DNA of 64,000 nucleotides from Pseudomonadota bacterium (GTDB taxonomy: Bacteria > Pseudomonadota > Gammaproteobacteria > GCA-002705445 > GCA-002716945), in the NCBI GenBank assembly GCA_036140295.1, contig JAYZYL010000002.1, positions 440 through 64,439 on the forward strand, in the 5' to 3' direction. Both the position numbers and the translations under genes were made by a program. Below, piece after piece: positions 54,054 through 63,443 of this stretch (the first letter of the stretch is position 1; each line of letters opens with the position of its first letter). The notes beneath the pieces are model-generated. The model ran no database searches and had not been told where the DNA came from. It saw only the letters and a list, made by a program, of their open reading frames with translations.

Positions 54054-55610
54054 ATGGGATCGAAAATAAATAAAAAATTTGCGATTATAAGTGTCTCAGA
54101 TAAAAGTAATATTGATATAGTTGCTAAAAAATTGGTTAAAAATAATTATCAAATACTTTCAACTGGTGGAACAGCCAAGTTTCTTGCAAAAAAAAATATA
54201 CCAAATATTTCAATCTCTAAATTTACAGAGTTTGATGAGATCTTAGATGGAAGAGTAAAGAGTTTACATCCAAAAATACATGCTGGAATTTTAGCAAAAA
54301 ATAAAAAAGATTTAGAGGGATTAAAAAATGGCTATAGTTTGATTGATTTAGTTATTGTTAACTTATATCCATTTAAAAAAGTCATTTCTCAACCAAATTG
54401 TAAATTAACAGATGCTATTGAGAATATTGATATTGGCGGACCAACTATGTTACGTGCTGCTGCAAAAAACTATAAAAGAGTAACTGTTGTAACAGATCCC
54501 AATGATTATAATATGATAATAAATGAAATAGAGAAATTTGGATGTACAAGAGAGAAAACTAGATATAGTTTAGCTCAAAAAGTTTTTTCTATTATCTCTG
54601 ATTATGATCAATCAATAACAAACTATTTATCAAAAAATGATGATGTTTTAGAAAACCTTCCTGATTCTTTTAAAATAGTGCTAAGAAAGAAACAGACATT
54701 GAGATATGGGGAAAATCCTCATCAAAAGGGAAAATTGTATAGTATTACCAGCCCTAAAATAAATGGTTTTGATTTTACACAAATATCAGGAAAAGAATTA
54801 TCTTACAATAATTTGGTAGATGCTGAAAGCGCATATAGTTGTGTGCAACAATTTACCAATTCAGCATGTGTAATTGTAAAGCATGCAAACCCTTGTGGAG
54901 TAGCTGAAAATAAAAATATAGCAAAAGCATATGATCATGCATATGAAACTGATCCGGTTTCTTCCTTTGGTGGAATAATTGCTTTTAACAAAAATTTAAA
55001 TGATAAACTACTTGCCAAGATTATTGATCGCCAATTTGTTGAAGTAATCATAGCTCCTGAGTTCGGAAAAAAATGTAGAAAAATCATGGAAAATAAACCA
55101 AATATAAGATTATTACTGATTAAAAATATAAAAAGTAAAACGAAATCCTATGATATGAAAGCGCTTAAAGGAAATTTTCTTATACAAGAGTCAGATTCAA
55201 AAACTATTACGAAGAAAGACTTAAGAATTGTAACAAAGAAAAAGCCAACAAAAAATGAAATTGAAGATTTATTATTTGCCTTCAAAGTAGCTAGATATGT
55301 TAAATCGAATGCCATTGTTTTCGCAAAAAATAAGAGGACTTTGGGTATAGGTGCAGGACAAATGAGCAGAATAGATTCAACAAATATTGCAGAAAGCAAA
55401 GCTAAAAAGCAAAAAATTAAACTTGATGGTTGTGTAATGGCATCCGAGGCTTTTTTCCCGTTTCGCGATAATGTTGATCTAGCAAAGAAAATTGGAGTTA
55501 AAAGTATAATACAACCGGGTGGCTCAATTAAGGATGATGAAATTATCTCCATTACTGACCAGCACAAAATATCTATGGTCTTTACAGCTACCAGGGTGTT
55601 TAAACACTAG
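54054..55610 (+). CDS. purH: Bifunctional AICAR transformylase/IMP cyclohydrolase
   Basis: ISVSDK, STGGTAKFL, GRVKSLHPKIHAGIL and a C-terminal RVFKH. Confidence 0.95.
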   Translation: MGSKINKKFAIISVSDKSNIDIVAKKLVKNNYQILSTGGTAKFLAKKNIPNISISKFTEFDEILDGRVKSLHPKIHAGILAKNKKDLEGLKNGYSLIDLVIVNLYPFKKVISQPNCKLTDAIENIDIGGPTMLRAAAKNYKRVTVVTDPNDYNMIINEIEKFGCTREKTRYSLAQKVFSIISDYDQSITNYLSKNDDVLENLPDSFKIVLRKKQTLRYGENPHQKGKLYSITSPKINGFDFTQISGKELSYNNLVDAESAYSCVQQFTNSACVIVKHANPCGVAENKNIAKAYDHAYETDPVSSFGGIIAFNKNLNDKLLAKIIDRQFVEVIIAPEFGKKCRKIMENKPNIRLLLIKNIKSKTKSYDMKALKGNFLIQESDSKTITKKDLRIVTKKKPTKNEIEDLLFAFKVARYVKSNAIVFAKNKRTLGIGAGQMSRIDSTNIAESKAKKQKIKLDGCVMASEAFFPFRDNVDLAKKIGVKSIIQPGGSIKDDEIISITDQHKISMVFTATRVFKH

Positions 55611-55613
55611 ACT

Positions 55614-56918
55614 ATGTCATTTAAAATTTTGATTATTGGTCAGGGTGGAAGGGAACATGCAATTGCATGGAATCTTAGCAAACATAGTGAGGTTGACTCC
55701 ATATATGTAGCTCCTGGAAATGGAGGGACATTTTTAGAAGAAAATGTCACGAACATTAATATACGGTCAGAAGATACAGAAAGTTTAATAGAGTTTGCAA
55801 AAAAAAATTCTATTAATTTAACAATCGTTGGCCCCGAAGCACCACTTGTAGATGGAATAGTGGATGAGTTTATGAAAGAAGGCCTAAAAATATTTGGGCC
55901 TATCAAAGAACATTCTAAATTAGAAGGGTCAAAAGTCTTTGCAAAATTATTTTTGGAAAGAAATGATATTTCAACTGCATTTTACAAATCATTTTCAAAA
56001 AATAGAGATGCAAAAGAATTTCTAAAAGATCAAAAATTTCCAATTGTAGTTAAAGCTGATGGCCTTGCATCAGGAAAGGGAGTAATAATAGCTGAAGATT
56101 TTGACGATGCGTGTAAAGCAGTAGATGCTCTTCTAAATGAAGATGGATCAAAAATGGTAGTGATAGAAAGTTTTCTAACTGGAATAGAGTTATCTTCAAT
56201 ATTTATTTGTAATGATAATAACAAAGTAGGTCTTCCATGGGTAAAGGACTACAAATCAAGAGATGAATATAATTCTGGACCCAATACTGGAGGAATGGGT
56301 GCCGTTACTCATCCCTTAAGCTTTGAACATAAAAATTTTGTTTTTAAATTAAATCTTGCCATACAGGATATATTTAAAAAAACAGTTACTGGAATTAATA
56401 ATGAAACTTCATCTAATTATTTAGGTTTTTTATATATTGGTTTGATGATTGATAATAAAGGAAAAGCAAACGTTCTTGAATATAATTGTAGGTTTGGAGA
56501 TCCTGAAACTCAAAATATTATGATGTTGTTTAACTTTAAAAATTGGAATTTACTAGATTTTATTACTGATAATGTAGAGCTTCCCCCTTTATCCATTGAA
56601 AGAAATTTATATGCTTGCACTATTGTTTTAGCTGCACAAGGTTATCCTGGAAATTTTAAAAAAAATTTTTTTATAGATTTATCTAATATAGATGAAAGTA
56701 ACCATCTCAAAATTATTCATGCCGGAACAACAATCTCTAATCAAAAAATAAAAGTAACTGGTGGAAGAATTCTGTCAGTTAATGTAATTGCAGAAAGTAA
56801 AGATGCTGCTATTAAAATTGCATATGAAAATATAGAAAAAATTAAAGCTTATGAAGATGAAGAGTTTAAAAAAGAGAATAATAGCTTAATATTTTTTAGG
56901 AAAGATATAGGGAATTAA
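55614..56918 (+). CDS. purD: Phosphoribosylamine-glycine ligase
   Basis: ILIIGQGGREHAI, VVKADGLASGKGV and EYNCRFGDPE. Confidence 0.9.
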   Translation: MSFKILIIGQGGREHAIAWNLSKHSEVDSIYVAPGNGGTFLEENVTNINIRSEDTESLIEFAKKNSINLTIVGPEAPLVDGIVDEFMKEGLKIFGPIKEHSKLEGSKVFAKLFLERNDISTAFYKSFSKNRDAKEFLKDQKFPIVVKADGLASGKGVIIAEDFDDACKAVDALLNEDGSKMVVIESFLTGIELSSIFICNDNNKVGLPWVKDYKSRDEYNSGPNTGGMGAVTHPLSFEHKNFVFKLNLAIQDIFKKTVTGINNETSSNYLGFLYIGLMIDNKGKANVLEYNCRFGDPETQNIMMLFNFKNWNLLDFITDNVELPPLSIERNLYACTIVLAAQGYPGNFKKNFFIDLSNIDESNHLKIIHAGTTISNQKIKVTGGRILSVNVIAESKDAAIKIAYENIEKIKAYEDEEFKKENNSLIFFRKDIGN

Positions 56919-58175
56919 TTACCTCTTCATTGATTCAAAAAACTCTGAGTTGGTTTTTGAAGATTGGAGTTTTCCTAACATAAATTCCATTGCATCAAGC
57001 TCATCCATAGAGTGCAGAACTTTCCGTAGTATCCAAATTTTTTGGAGTTCATCTGGAGTTGTTAACAACTCTTCTCTCCTAGTTCCTGATCTATTGATGT
57101 TAATAGCTGGATAAATTCTCTTTTCTGAAATTCTTCTGTCTAGATGAATTTCCATATTTCCAGTACCTTTGAATTCCTCATATATGACTTCATCCATTTT
57201 AGAGCCAGTATCAATCAATGCTGTTGCTAAAATTGTAAGGCTTCCTCCTTCCTCTACATTTCTTGCTGCACCAAAAAATCTCTTAGGTTTGGTTAATGCG
57301 CTAGCATCCACCCCACCTGTAAGAACTTTTCCTGAAGACGGAGCTAAAGTATTATATGCTCTTGCAAGTCTAGTAATTGAATCCAATAAAATGACAACAT
57401 CTTTCTTATGCTCAACAAGCCTTTTAGCTTTTTCAATAACCATTTCGGCTACTTGAACATGTCGGTGAGCAGGTTCATCAAATGTACTTGCAACTACCTC
57501 TCCCTTCACCATTCTTGTCATTTCTGTTACTTCTTCAGGTCGTTCATCAATGAGAAGCACAATTAAAACACAATCAGGATTATTCGTAGTGAGACTCTGT
57601 GCAATATTTTGAAGCATAATTGTTTTTCCTGCTTTTGGAGGAGAAATAATTAAACCTCTTTGCCCTTTACCAATAGGGGATGCTATATCAATTAATCTAG
57701 CAGCTATATCTTCACTACTTCCATTGCCACGTTCTAGTCTTAGTCTTTCGTTAGCATGGAGTGGTGTTAAATTTTCAAACAAAATTTTATTTCGTGAACT
57801 TTCAACACTGTCATGATTTACACCATCAACTTTTAATAACGCAAAATATCTTTCCCCTTCTTTTGGAGGTCTTATTTTTCCAGATACAGTATCACCCGTC
57901 CTTAATGAAAATTTTCTGATCTGACTAGGTGAAACATAAATATCATCAGGTCCAGCTAAGTAAGAGCTCCCTGCTGATCTTAAAAATCCAAAACCATCTT
58001 GGAGAATTTCTAAAATACCACTTCCAGAAATATCTTCCCCACTAGATGAATGATTTTTTAGAATAGTAAAAATAACATCTTGCTTTCTCAAGCGATTAAT
58101 ATTTTCCGCACCCATACCTTCAGCAATCTGTATTAGTTCTTGTATTGGTTTTTCTTTAAGTTCAGTTAAATTCAT
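56919..58175 (-). CDS. rho: Transcription termination factor Rho
   Basis: MNLTELK N-terminus, RNA-binding domain, and P-loop [15 protein letters not shown]. Confidence 0.95.
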   Translation of the reverse strand: MNLTELKEKPIQELIQIAEGMGAENINRLRKQDVIFTILKNHSSSGEDISGSGILEILQDGFGFLRSAGSSYLAGPDDIYVSPSQIRKFSLRTGDTVSGKIRPPKEGERYFALLKVDGVNHDSVESSRNKILFENLTPLHANERLRLERGNGSSEDIAARLIDIASPIGKGQRGLIISPPKAGKTIMLQNIAQSLTTNNPDCVLIVLLIDERPEEVTEMTRMVKGEVVASTFDEPAHRHVQVAEMVIEKAKRLVEHKKDVVILLDSITRLARAYNTLAPSSGKVLTGGVDASALTKPKRFFGAARNVEEGGSLTILATALIDTGSKMDEVIYEEFKGTGNMEIHLDRRISEKRIYPAININRSGTRREELLTTPDELQKIWILRKVLHSMDELDAMEFMLGKLQSSKTNSEFFESMKR

Positions 58176-58227
58176 AATTTGTCTCTGACGGGTTTAAAAT
58201 ATTTCTATGGGTCTAAAAAATTTAAAA

Positions 58228-58551
58228 TTATAAGTTTTTATCTAAAAAAGATACGAGTTCTGATTTTGATAATACACCAACATTAGTCTCTGCCTTATCT
58301 CCATTTTTAAAAATCATTATTGTTGGAATTCCTCTTATTCCAAATTTCATTGTAGTGTCTGGGTTTTCATCAACATTAAGTTTAGCGAATTTAATTTTGC
58401 CTTCATAATCTTTAGAAGTATCATCGATAATTGGTGAGAGTGCCTTACAAGGGCCACACCATTCTGCCCAAAAATCTAAAAGAACTGGTATATCTGATTT
58501 AAGAACCTCTTCCTCAAAGGAAGCATCTGTTACTACAACAACATTGCTCAT
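58228..58551 (-). CDS. trxA: Thioredoxin
   Basis: 107 aa with WAEWCGPCK. Confidence 0.92.
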   Translation of the reverse strand: MSNVVVVTDASFEEEVLKSDIPVLLDFWAEWCGPCKALSPIIDDTSKDYEGKIKFAKLNVDENPDTTMKFGIRGIPTIMIFKNGDKAETNVGVLSKSELVSFLDKNL

Positions 58552-58727
58552 TAAAAAATTTCCTCCTGTAAAATGATTTTGTTTTCAAAATGAAAAAGAG
58601 TTGTTGAAATGATTAACCCTAATTATAATTTGTTTTTAAAATATATCAAGCTTTATATTGATAATGCTTTTTTATCACTTAATTAATTTAAATTGTACTT
58701 AACTGAAGTTTTAGGAGAAAAAATTGA

Positions 58728-60650
58728 TTAAATAAGGCTCATATTGAGTACGCCTTCCATTTTTTCTGCCATTTCAGATTTTCCAGTTCTACTATCACCA
58801 ATGGTTGCTATAGTAATATCAACTTCTTTTGCTTTTCCATTGCTTACTCTTTTTCTTTTTTCAATAGCAGTTTTTTTAATTAAGTCAATCATGTCATGTG
58901 CTGCTCTCTCAGGTCCATGATGCTCAACCATTTCTCTCTCCGAAAAACCGCCTTTCTTAAGAACGTCATCGGTACTTTCTTTATAAACACCTGCCATCAA
59001 CATACTATGTGCAACGCCAATTTTCATTTTTCCTTCTGAAACACGTTTTTCAAAATTATCAAAAAATCTTTTTTCTATTTTTTCAAATTTTTCACACATG
59101 TCAGCATGTTCAGGCAGAACCTTCCATTCTTTGTCTTTCAATAAAGGAAACGGGTTAGCCCAATAACTTATCTCAACCTCTCCTCTATGTGTCTGAGTAC
59201 TACCTGCAGCAACACGAGCGCCACTTCTAAAATGCTCAAGCGCATCACCTGGCTTCATATCTGCTTTCATGCATGATTCACCTGTAGGAATAATATCGTA
59301 ATTATTTAGATATAATAGAATATCTAATTCTGATCCAGTTGAAATTTCAGAGTATTCTGTAACAGGAACAATTTGTCTTGCATTAGTTCCGGAATGTTTA
59401 TTATATCCAATTTCTCTTCCTTCCATTTGCATTTTTGCATACTCACTAAATCCATCTAAACATGCAAAAGCTCCTGTTTCCGTCCCATAAAAATAAGGAA
59501 CTTCTTCATTAGAACCATTCTTCTCGAGTATAGCTCTACCCATATCATCTGCCTTAATTAACGAATCAAAAATATAAGGTTCATTTGTTTTCTCATCAAA
59601 CCTAACTACATATCTTGTAGCTCCGCAATGAAGAGGTAAATCTCCTTTAATGATACACAACACATTGTGAAGAGTTAACATTGGTTTTTTCCCATAGCCA
59701 AAATATTGACATTCATCTAACCCGGGTATAAGCCCAACTAGCAGGTCATTTTCCCTATCATGATAATAGCCTAAATCTTTCATGTCAGAATTAGGGCAAC
59801 CAAGTATAAATATTCCATCTGGTTGTTTTTTTGTTATGTTCTCAACTTTCGCAAAGGGAAATAAGTTTAATAGGCCTGGTTCTAATTCAATATAGCCACG
59901 AGTTTTATGTATGTAACATAAAATATTCCAAGCTCCTATTTCGAATGGTATTGCAACATATTCTTCCGGTTTAAATGATTCATTTTTAAATGGATTATGA
60001 TCAAGAGCAAAAAACGGGAAGGCTCTTTTATTTGCATGCGTTGTATAGTAAACACCTGTCCTCATATCTGCTGCCGTTGTCATTGGCACTTGATTTAAAT
60101 TAGAATAATCACCAGGTAGTTTCACAAAATGACCAGATATTTCACCTACAGCAACATTCGGATGGCAATCAAGGCCCTTAGTTCTTCTGACACCCTCTCC
60201 AAGGCCGACTTTAATTAATAATATTCTTCGTGTTTCAATAAGTAAGTCTGATAGTTTTTCTGCCTTAGACGAAACCTTATCTTTTATTTGTTCAGCATTG
60301 AGAGATTTTTCAATCACTTCATTGTGTAATCTTACAAGTCTAGTATAGGATTTAGTCCTATAATGGTGAAACGCTCCATCTAAAAATTGGACAGCATCAC
60401 GGAAATCTCGTAATTCATCTCGAGAAAAAGGTGTAACTCCTTCAAGTATTGAGATGTATAGTTTTGCTTCAATATTTTTAATATATTCTATTTTGTGTAG
60501 GACTTCTTCTTTAACCTTTGAGTCATCTCTCTTCTTTAGTTCATTTATAAACTGTTTCTTATAAATTTCTAAGTATTTAGCAAAGGCCTTACTTTTCAAT
60601 AGCTGTGCTGGAGTTGAACAGCCGTCCCGAATTTCTAAAATTTCTTCCAT
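58728..60650 (-). CDS. Uncharacterised divergent PEPCK-fold (PEPCK/HprK superfamily-like) protein
   Basis: QYFGYGKKPMLTLHNVLCIIKGDLPLHCGAT aligns without gaps to the E. coli PckA segment [31 protein letters not shown] (recalled from memory). REIGYNKHS compares with RLIGDDEHG. The central P-loop position reads YGTETGAFAC (no Lys). An HprK-like GDSRTGKSE lies 12 aa from the C terminus (nt 58773-58799). Confidence 0.5.
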   Translation of the reverse strand: MEEILEIRDGCSTPAQLLKSKAFAKYLEIYKKQFINELKKRDDSKVKEEVLHKIEYIKNIEAKLYISILEGVTPFSRDELRDFRDAVQFLDGAFHHYRTKSYTRLVRLHNEVIEKSLNAEQIKDKVSSKAEKLSDLLIETRRILLIKVGLGEGVRRTKGLDCHPNVAVGEISGHFVKLPGDYSNLNQVPMTTAADMRTGVYYTTHANKRAFPFFALDHNPFKNESFKPEEYVAIPFEIGAWNILCYIHKTRGYIELEPGLLNLFPFAKVENITKKQPDGIFILGCPNSDMKDLGYYHDRENDLLVGLIPGLDECQYFGYGKKPMLTLHNVLCIIKGDLPLHCGATRYVVRFDEKTNEPYIFDSLIKADDMGRAILEKNGSNEEVPYFYGTETGAFACLDGFSEYAKMQMEGREIGYNKHSGTNARQIVPVTEYSEISTGSELDILLYLNNYDIIPTGESCMKADMKPGDALEHFRSGARVAAGSTQTHRGEVEISYWANPFPLLKDKEWKVLPEHADMCEKFEKIEKRFFDNFEKRVSEGKMKIGVAHSMLMAGVYKESTDDVLKKGGFSEREMVEHHGPERAAHDMIDLIKKTAIEKRKRVSNGKAKEVDITIATIGDSRTGKSEMAEKMEGVLNMSLI

Positions 60651-60803
60651 TGTGTTTTTCCTTTATAAATAAAATTTCTAAATTACTCTTAAAATCATAG
60701 GCTATTTCAGTATAATATTCCTGTAAATTTAAAGTTTTGTGAATTATAATATTACTTTTTTCAATCATCAATTAAAATATACGTAAATATTTGTGGATTT
60801 TTT

Positions 60804-61997
60804 ATGTCAAATTTGATAAAGCCTCATGGACTGAATGAACTATCACCCCTGTTTATTAGTGATGAAAGCGAAAGGAAGCGCCTAATTGAGGAATCTAAAA
60901 ACCTTAAAAAAATAATGTTAAATTCTTCGGCTGCATCAAATTCTGTGATGTTAGGGGCTGGTTATTTTACTCCATTGACCGGTTATATGGACAAAGAAAA
61001 TGCACTGAGTGTTGCAAAATCAATGATCACAACAGATGGGTTATTTTGGCCTGTTCCAATACTTAATCTTTCTCATTGCGTAGCTGAGATTAAAGAAGGT
61101 GATCAAATAGCGCTCCTTGATCCAAATGTGGACGGAAATCCCCCGATAGCGATTCAAGAAATTAAATCTATTGAAGAGTTATCAGATGATGAGATGAATA
61201 TTTTAGTTAAAAATATATTTGGAACTGATGATATTTCTCATCCAGGCGTTAAAAGCTTTCTTTCGTCAGGTAAATTTTTAATTTCTGGTGATATACAAGT
61301 TTTAAATTTTAGTTATTTTCCAAAAGATTTCCCTAATACGTTTGCCACTGCTAAAGAAATTAGAAATAAAATTAATGCTGCGGGTTGGTCTAAAGTGGTT
61401 GCATTCCAGACAAGGAATCCTATGCATCGTGCTCATGAAGAATTATGTAAAATGGCACTGGAAAGAATTAATGCAGATGGAGTTCTTGTTCATATGACAT
61501 TAGGAAAGCTTAAAGAGGGAGATATACCTGGTGATGTTAGAGATCAAGCGATTAGAAAAATGGTAGAACTATATTTTCCTCCAAATACTGTAATGATTTC
61601 AGGGTTTGGTTTTGATATGCTTTACGCTGGCCCAAGAGAAGCATTACTACATGCAGTATTTCGACAAAATTGTGGTTGTTCACACTTAATAGTTGGTAGG
61701 GACCATGCTGGAGTAGGTGATTACTATGGGGCCTTTGATGCGCAAGAAATTTTTAATACTGAACTCGTTAAGAAATCATTAGAGATTGAGATTTTTGCTG
61801 CAGACCATACGGCGTATTCAAAAAAATTAAAAAAAGTTGTTATGATGAGGGATGTTCAAGATCATACCAAAGATGATTTTGTACTTTTATCTGGAACAAA
61901 GGTTAGAGAAATGCTGTCTAATGGAATTAACCTTCCAGAAGAGTTTGCACGAAAAGAAGTGGCAGATATTTTGATGAAGTACTATCAAACTAAGTAG
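60804..61997 (+). CDS. sat: Sulfate adenylyltransferase (ATP sulfurylase, homo-oligomeric type)
   Basis: QTRNPMHRAHE and GRDHAGVGDYYG motifs, with a PUA-like N-terminal domain. Confidence 0.9.
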   Translation: MSNLIKPHGLNELSPLFISDESERKRLIEESKNLKKIMLNSSAASNSVMLGAGYFTPLTGYMDKENALSVAKSMITTDGLFWPVPILNLSHCVAEIKEGDQIALLDPNVDGNPPIAIQEIKSIEELSDDEMNILVKNIFGTDDISHPGVKSFLSSGKFLISGDIQVLNFSYFPKDFPNTFATAKEIRNKINAAGWSKVVAFQTRNPMHRAHEELCKMALERINADGVLVHMTLGKLKEGDIPGDVRDQAIRKMVELYFPPNTVMISGFGFDMLYAGPREALLHAVFRQNCGCSHLIVGRDHAGVGDYYGAFDAQEIFNTELVKKSLEIEIFAADHTAYSKKLKKVVMMRDVQDHTKDDFVLLSGTKVREMLSNGINLPEEFARKEVADILMKYYQTK

Positions 61998-62120
61998 ATT
62001 GCAGAAAAATTGCATTTTTTGTAAATAATTAATTCCTAATATAGCAATAATCTATTATAATCGCATGAGACAGATATCTTATGAATCAATGTATATCAAA
62101 AAAAGGGGGAGTAAGGAGAT

Positions 62121-62915
62121 ATGTTAGCTATTAATCCATTTTCTGAACTTTCGGCATCCATACCGTCCGTTGCGATGCAGGTCTTTGTTATTTTAATGAT
62201 TCTTTTGGTAATTGGTGGGACGGTACTTGATATGATTCATAAGAAAAATGTAAAGTATTTTTTTGAAAATGCAAAAAAGGCTAAAGAGTCTGCAACAAGA
62301 GATGTCAGTACTGGAGAGAAGGCTTCAATTATACTAAAAACTGTTGCGTCAGATATTTTAACATCATCAGAGTTTTGTACTTTCCAGCGTCGAACCGCAC
62401 ACCTTCTTGGAATGTATGGAACTATATTGTTTTGGATAACTTCTTTTATTATGATCTTTAACTACTCAACACCAACATCAGTTACGCCTCCTATTCTACC
62501 GTTACTGTGGCATGTTGGGGCAATTATGACATGTGTTGGTGGATTTTGGTTTTGGTTTGTCATTAGAGTTAACGTTTCTGCAGAAGGTCATCCATGGTAC
62601 GAAGTAATTTTTGCAGATTTATTTGTCTTATCACTTCTTGCAACACAATTAACTGCTCTTTTATGGTCTTATTTCCAAGCCACAGGTGCAGTAGTATTAG
62701 ATTCCCTATTTTTAGTTTTGTTTATTATTTCGAATGCTGTTTTATTTGGTGGAGTTTATTGGTCTAAGTTTGCCCACATGTTTTATAAGCCCGGAGCAGC
62801 AATACAAAAACATCTAGCGGAAGCAGATGGCTCTAGAAGTAACTTACCAGAACCGGCAGATAAACCTAAACAGTTTGGATTAGGTATAAGACGTGAAGAA
62901 CCAAGAAATTATTAA
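62121..62915 (+). CDS. aprM: Putative APS reductase membrane anchor AprM
   Basis: 264-aa protein with about 5 TM helices, immediately upstream of aprBA as in AprM-type sulfur oxidisers. Assignment rests mostly on context. Confidence 0.55.
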   Translation: MLAINPFSELSASIPSVAMQVFVILMILLVIGGTVLDMIHKKNVKYFFENAKKAKESATRDVSTGEKASIILKTVASDILTSSEFCTFQRRTAHLLGMYGTILFWITSFIMIFNYSTPTSVTPPILPLLWHVGAIMTCVGGFWFWFVIRVNVSAEGHPWYEVIFADLFVLSLLATQLTALLWSYFQATGAVVLDSLFLVLFIISNAVLFGGVYWSKFAHMFYKPGAAIQKHLAEADGSRSNLPEPADKPKQFGLGIRREEPRNY

Positions 62916-62951
62916 TGAATTTTATGATTAAAACATCAAGGAGAAAGTAAT

Positions 62952-63443
62952 ATGTCAACATTTGTATATATGACAAAATGCGATGGATGTGGAATGTGTG
63001 TTGATATCTGTCCGTCAGACATTATGCATATTGATAAAACATTAAGACGTGCAGTTAATATTGAACCTAATATGTGCTGGGAATGCTATTCTTGCGTAAA
63101 AGCATGCGATCAAAATGCAATAGACGCTAGAGGGTATGCAGACTTTGCGCCGTTAGGTCATAGCGTTCGTGTACTTCGTGAAGAAGAAAAAGGAACAATT
63201 TCCTGGAAAATTAAATTTAGAAATGGTCATGAAAAAAACTTTGTTTCCCCAATTACCACTAAACCATGGGGAGAGTGTATTCCAAAACTTTCTGAAGAAG
63301 CAGCACCGAGTAAAGAAGCTATGGATTCAGAATTACTCTACAATGAACCAAAATACCTAAAAACTGGAGATGTAGAAACAGCAGATGATGGTTTACCAGA
63401 AATGACCAAAGTTGGGAAATTAAAACAAGGAGTGTATTACTAA
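62952..63443 (+). CDS. aprB: Adenylylsulfate reductase beta subunit
   Basis: Two ferredoxin-type clusters, CDGCGMCVDICP and CWECYSCVKAC, plus a long C-terminal tail. Confidence 0.88.
   Translation: MSTFVYMTKCDGCGMCVDICPSDIMHIDKTLRRAVNIEPNMCWECYSCVKACDQNAIDARGYADFAPLGHSVRVLREEEKGTISWKIKFRNGHEKNFVSPITTKPWGECIPKLSEEAAPSKEAMDSELLYNEPKYLKTGDVETADDGLPEMTKVGKLKQGVYY

Noticed and set aside
55148-55567. A 139-aa minus-strand ORF inside purH. Similar antisense ORFs occur in groEL, rho, ilvE, hldA, dsbD and fadD.
   Set aside because: All are nested antisense to strongly supported conserved genes. None has a recognisable domain or ribosome-binding site.
58640-58700. The hairpin TATCAA-GCTTTATA-TTGATA followed by a T-run, downstream of the 640-aa gene.
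   Set aside because: The stem is 6 bp and all-AT-rich, and the T-run is on the wrong (plus) strand for the minus-strand gene. This is too weak to call a terminator.
60589-60771. A 60-aa minus-strand ORF in the region between sat and the PEPCK-like gene.
   Set aside because: It overlaps the 5' end of the 640-aa gene in another frame, extends into the AT-rich promoter region, and has no supporting signals.
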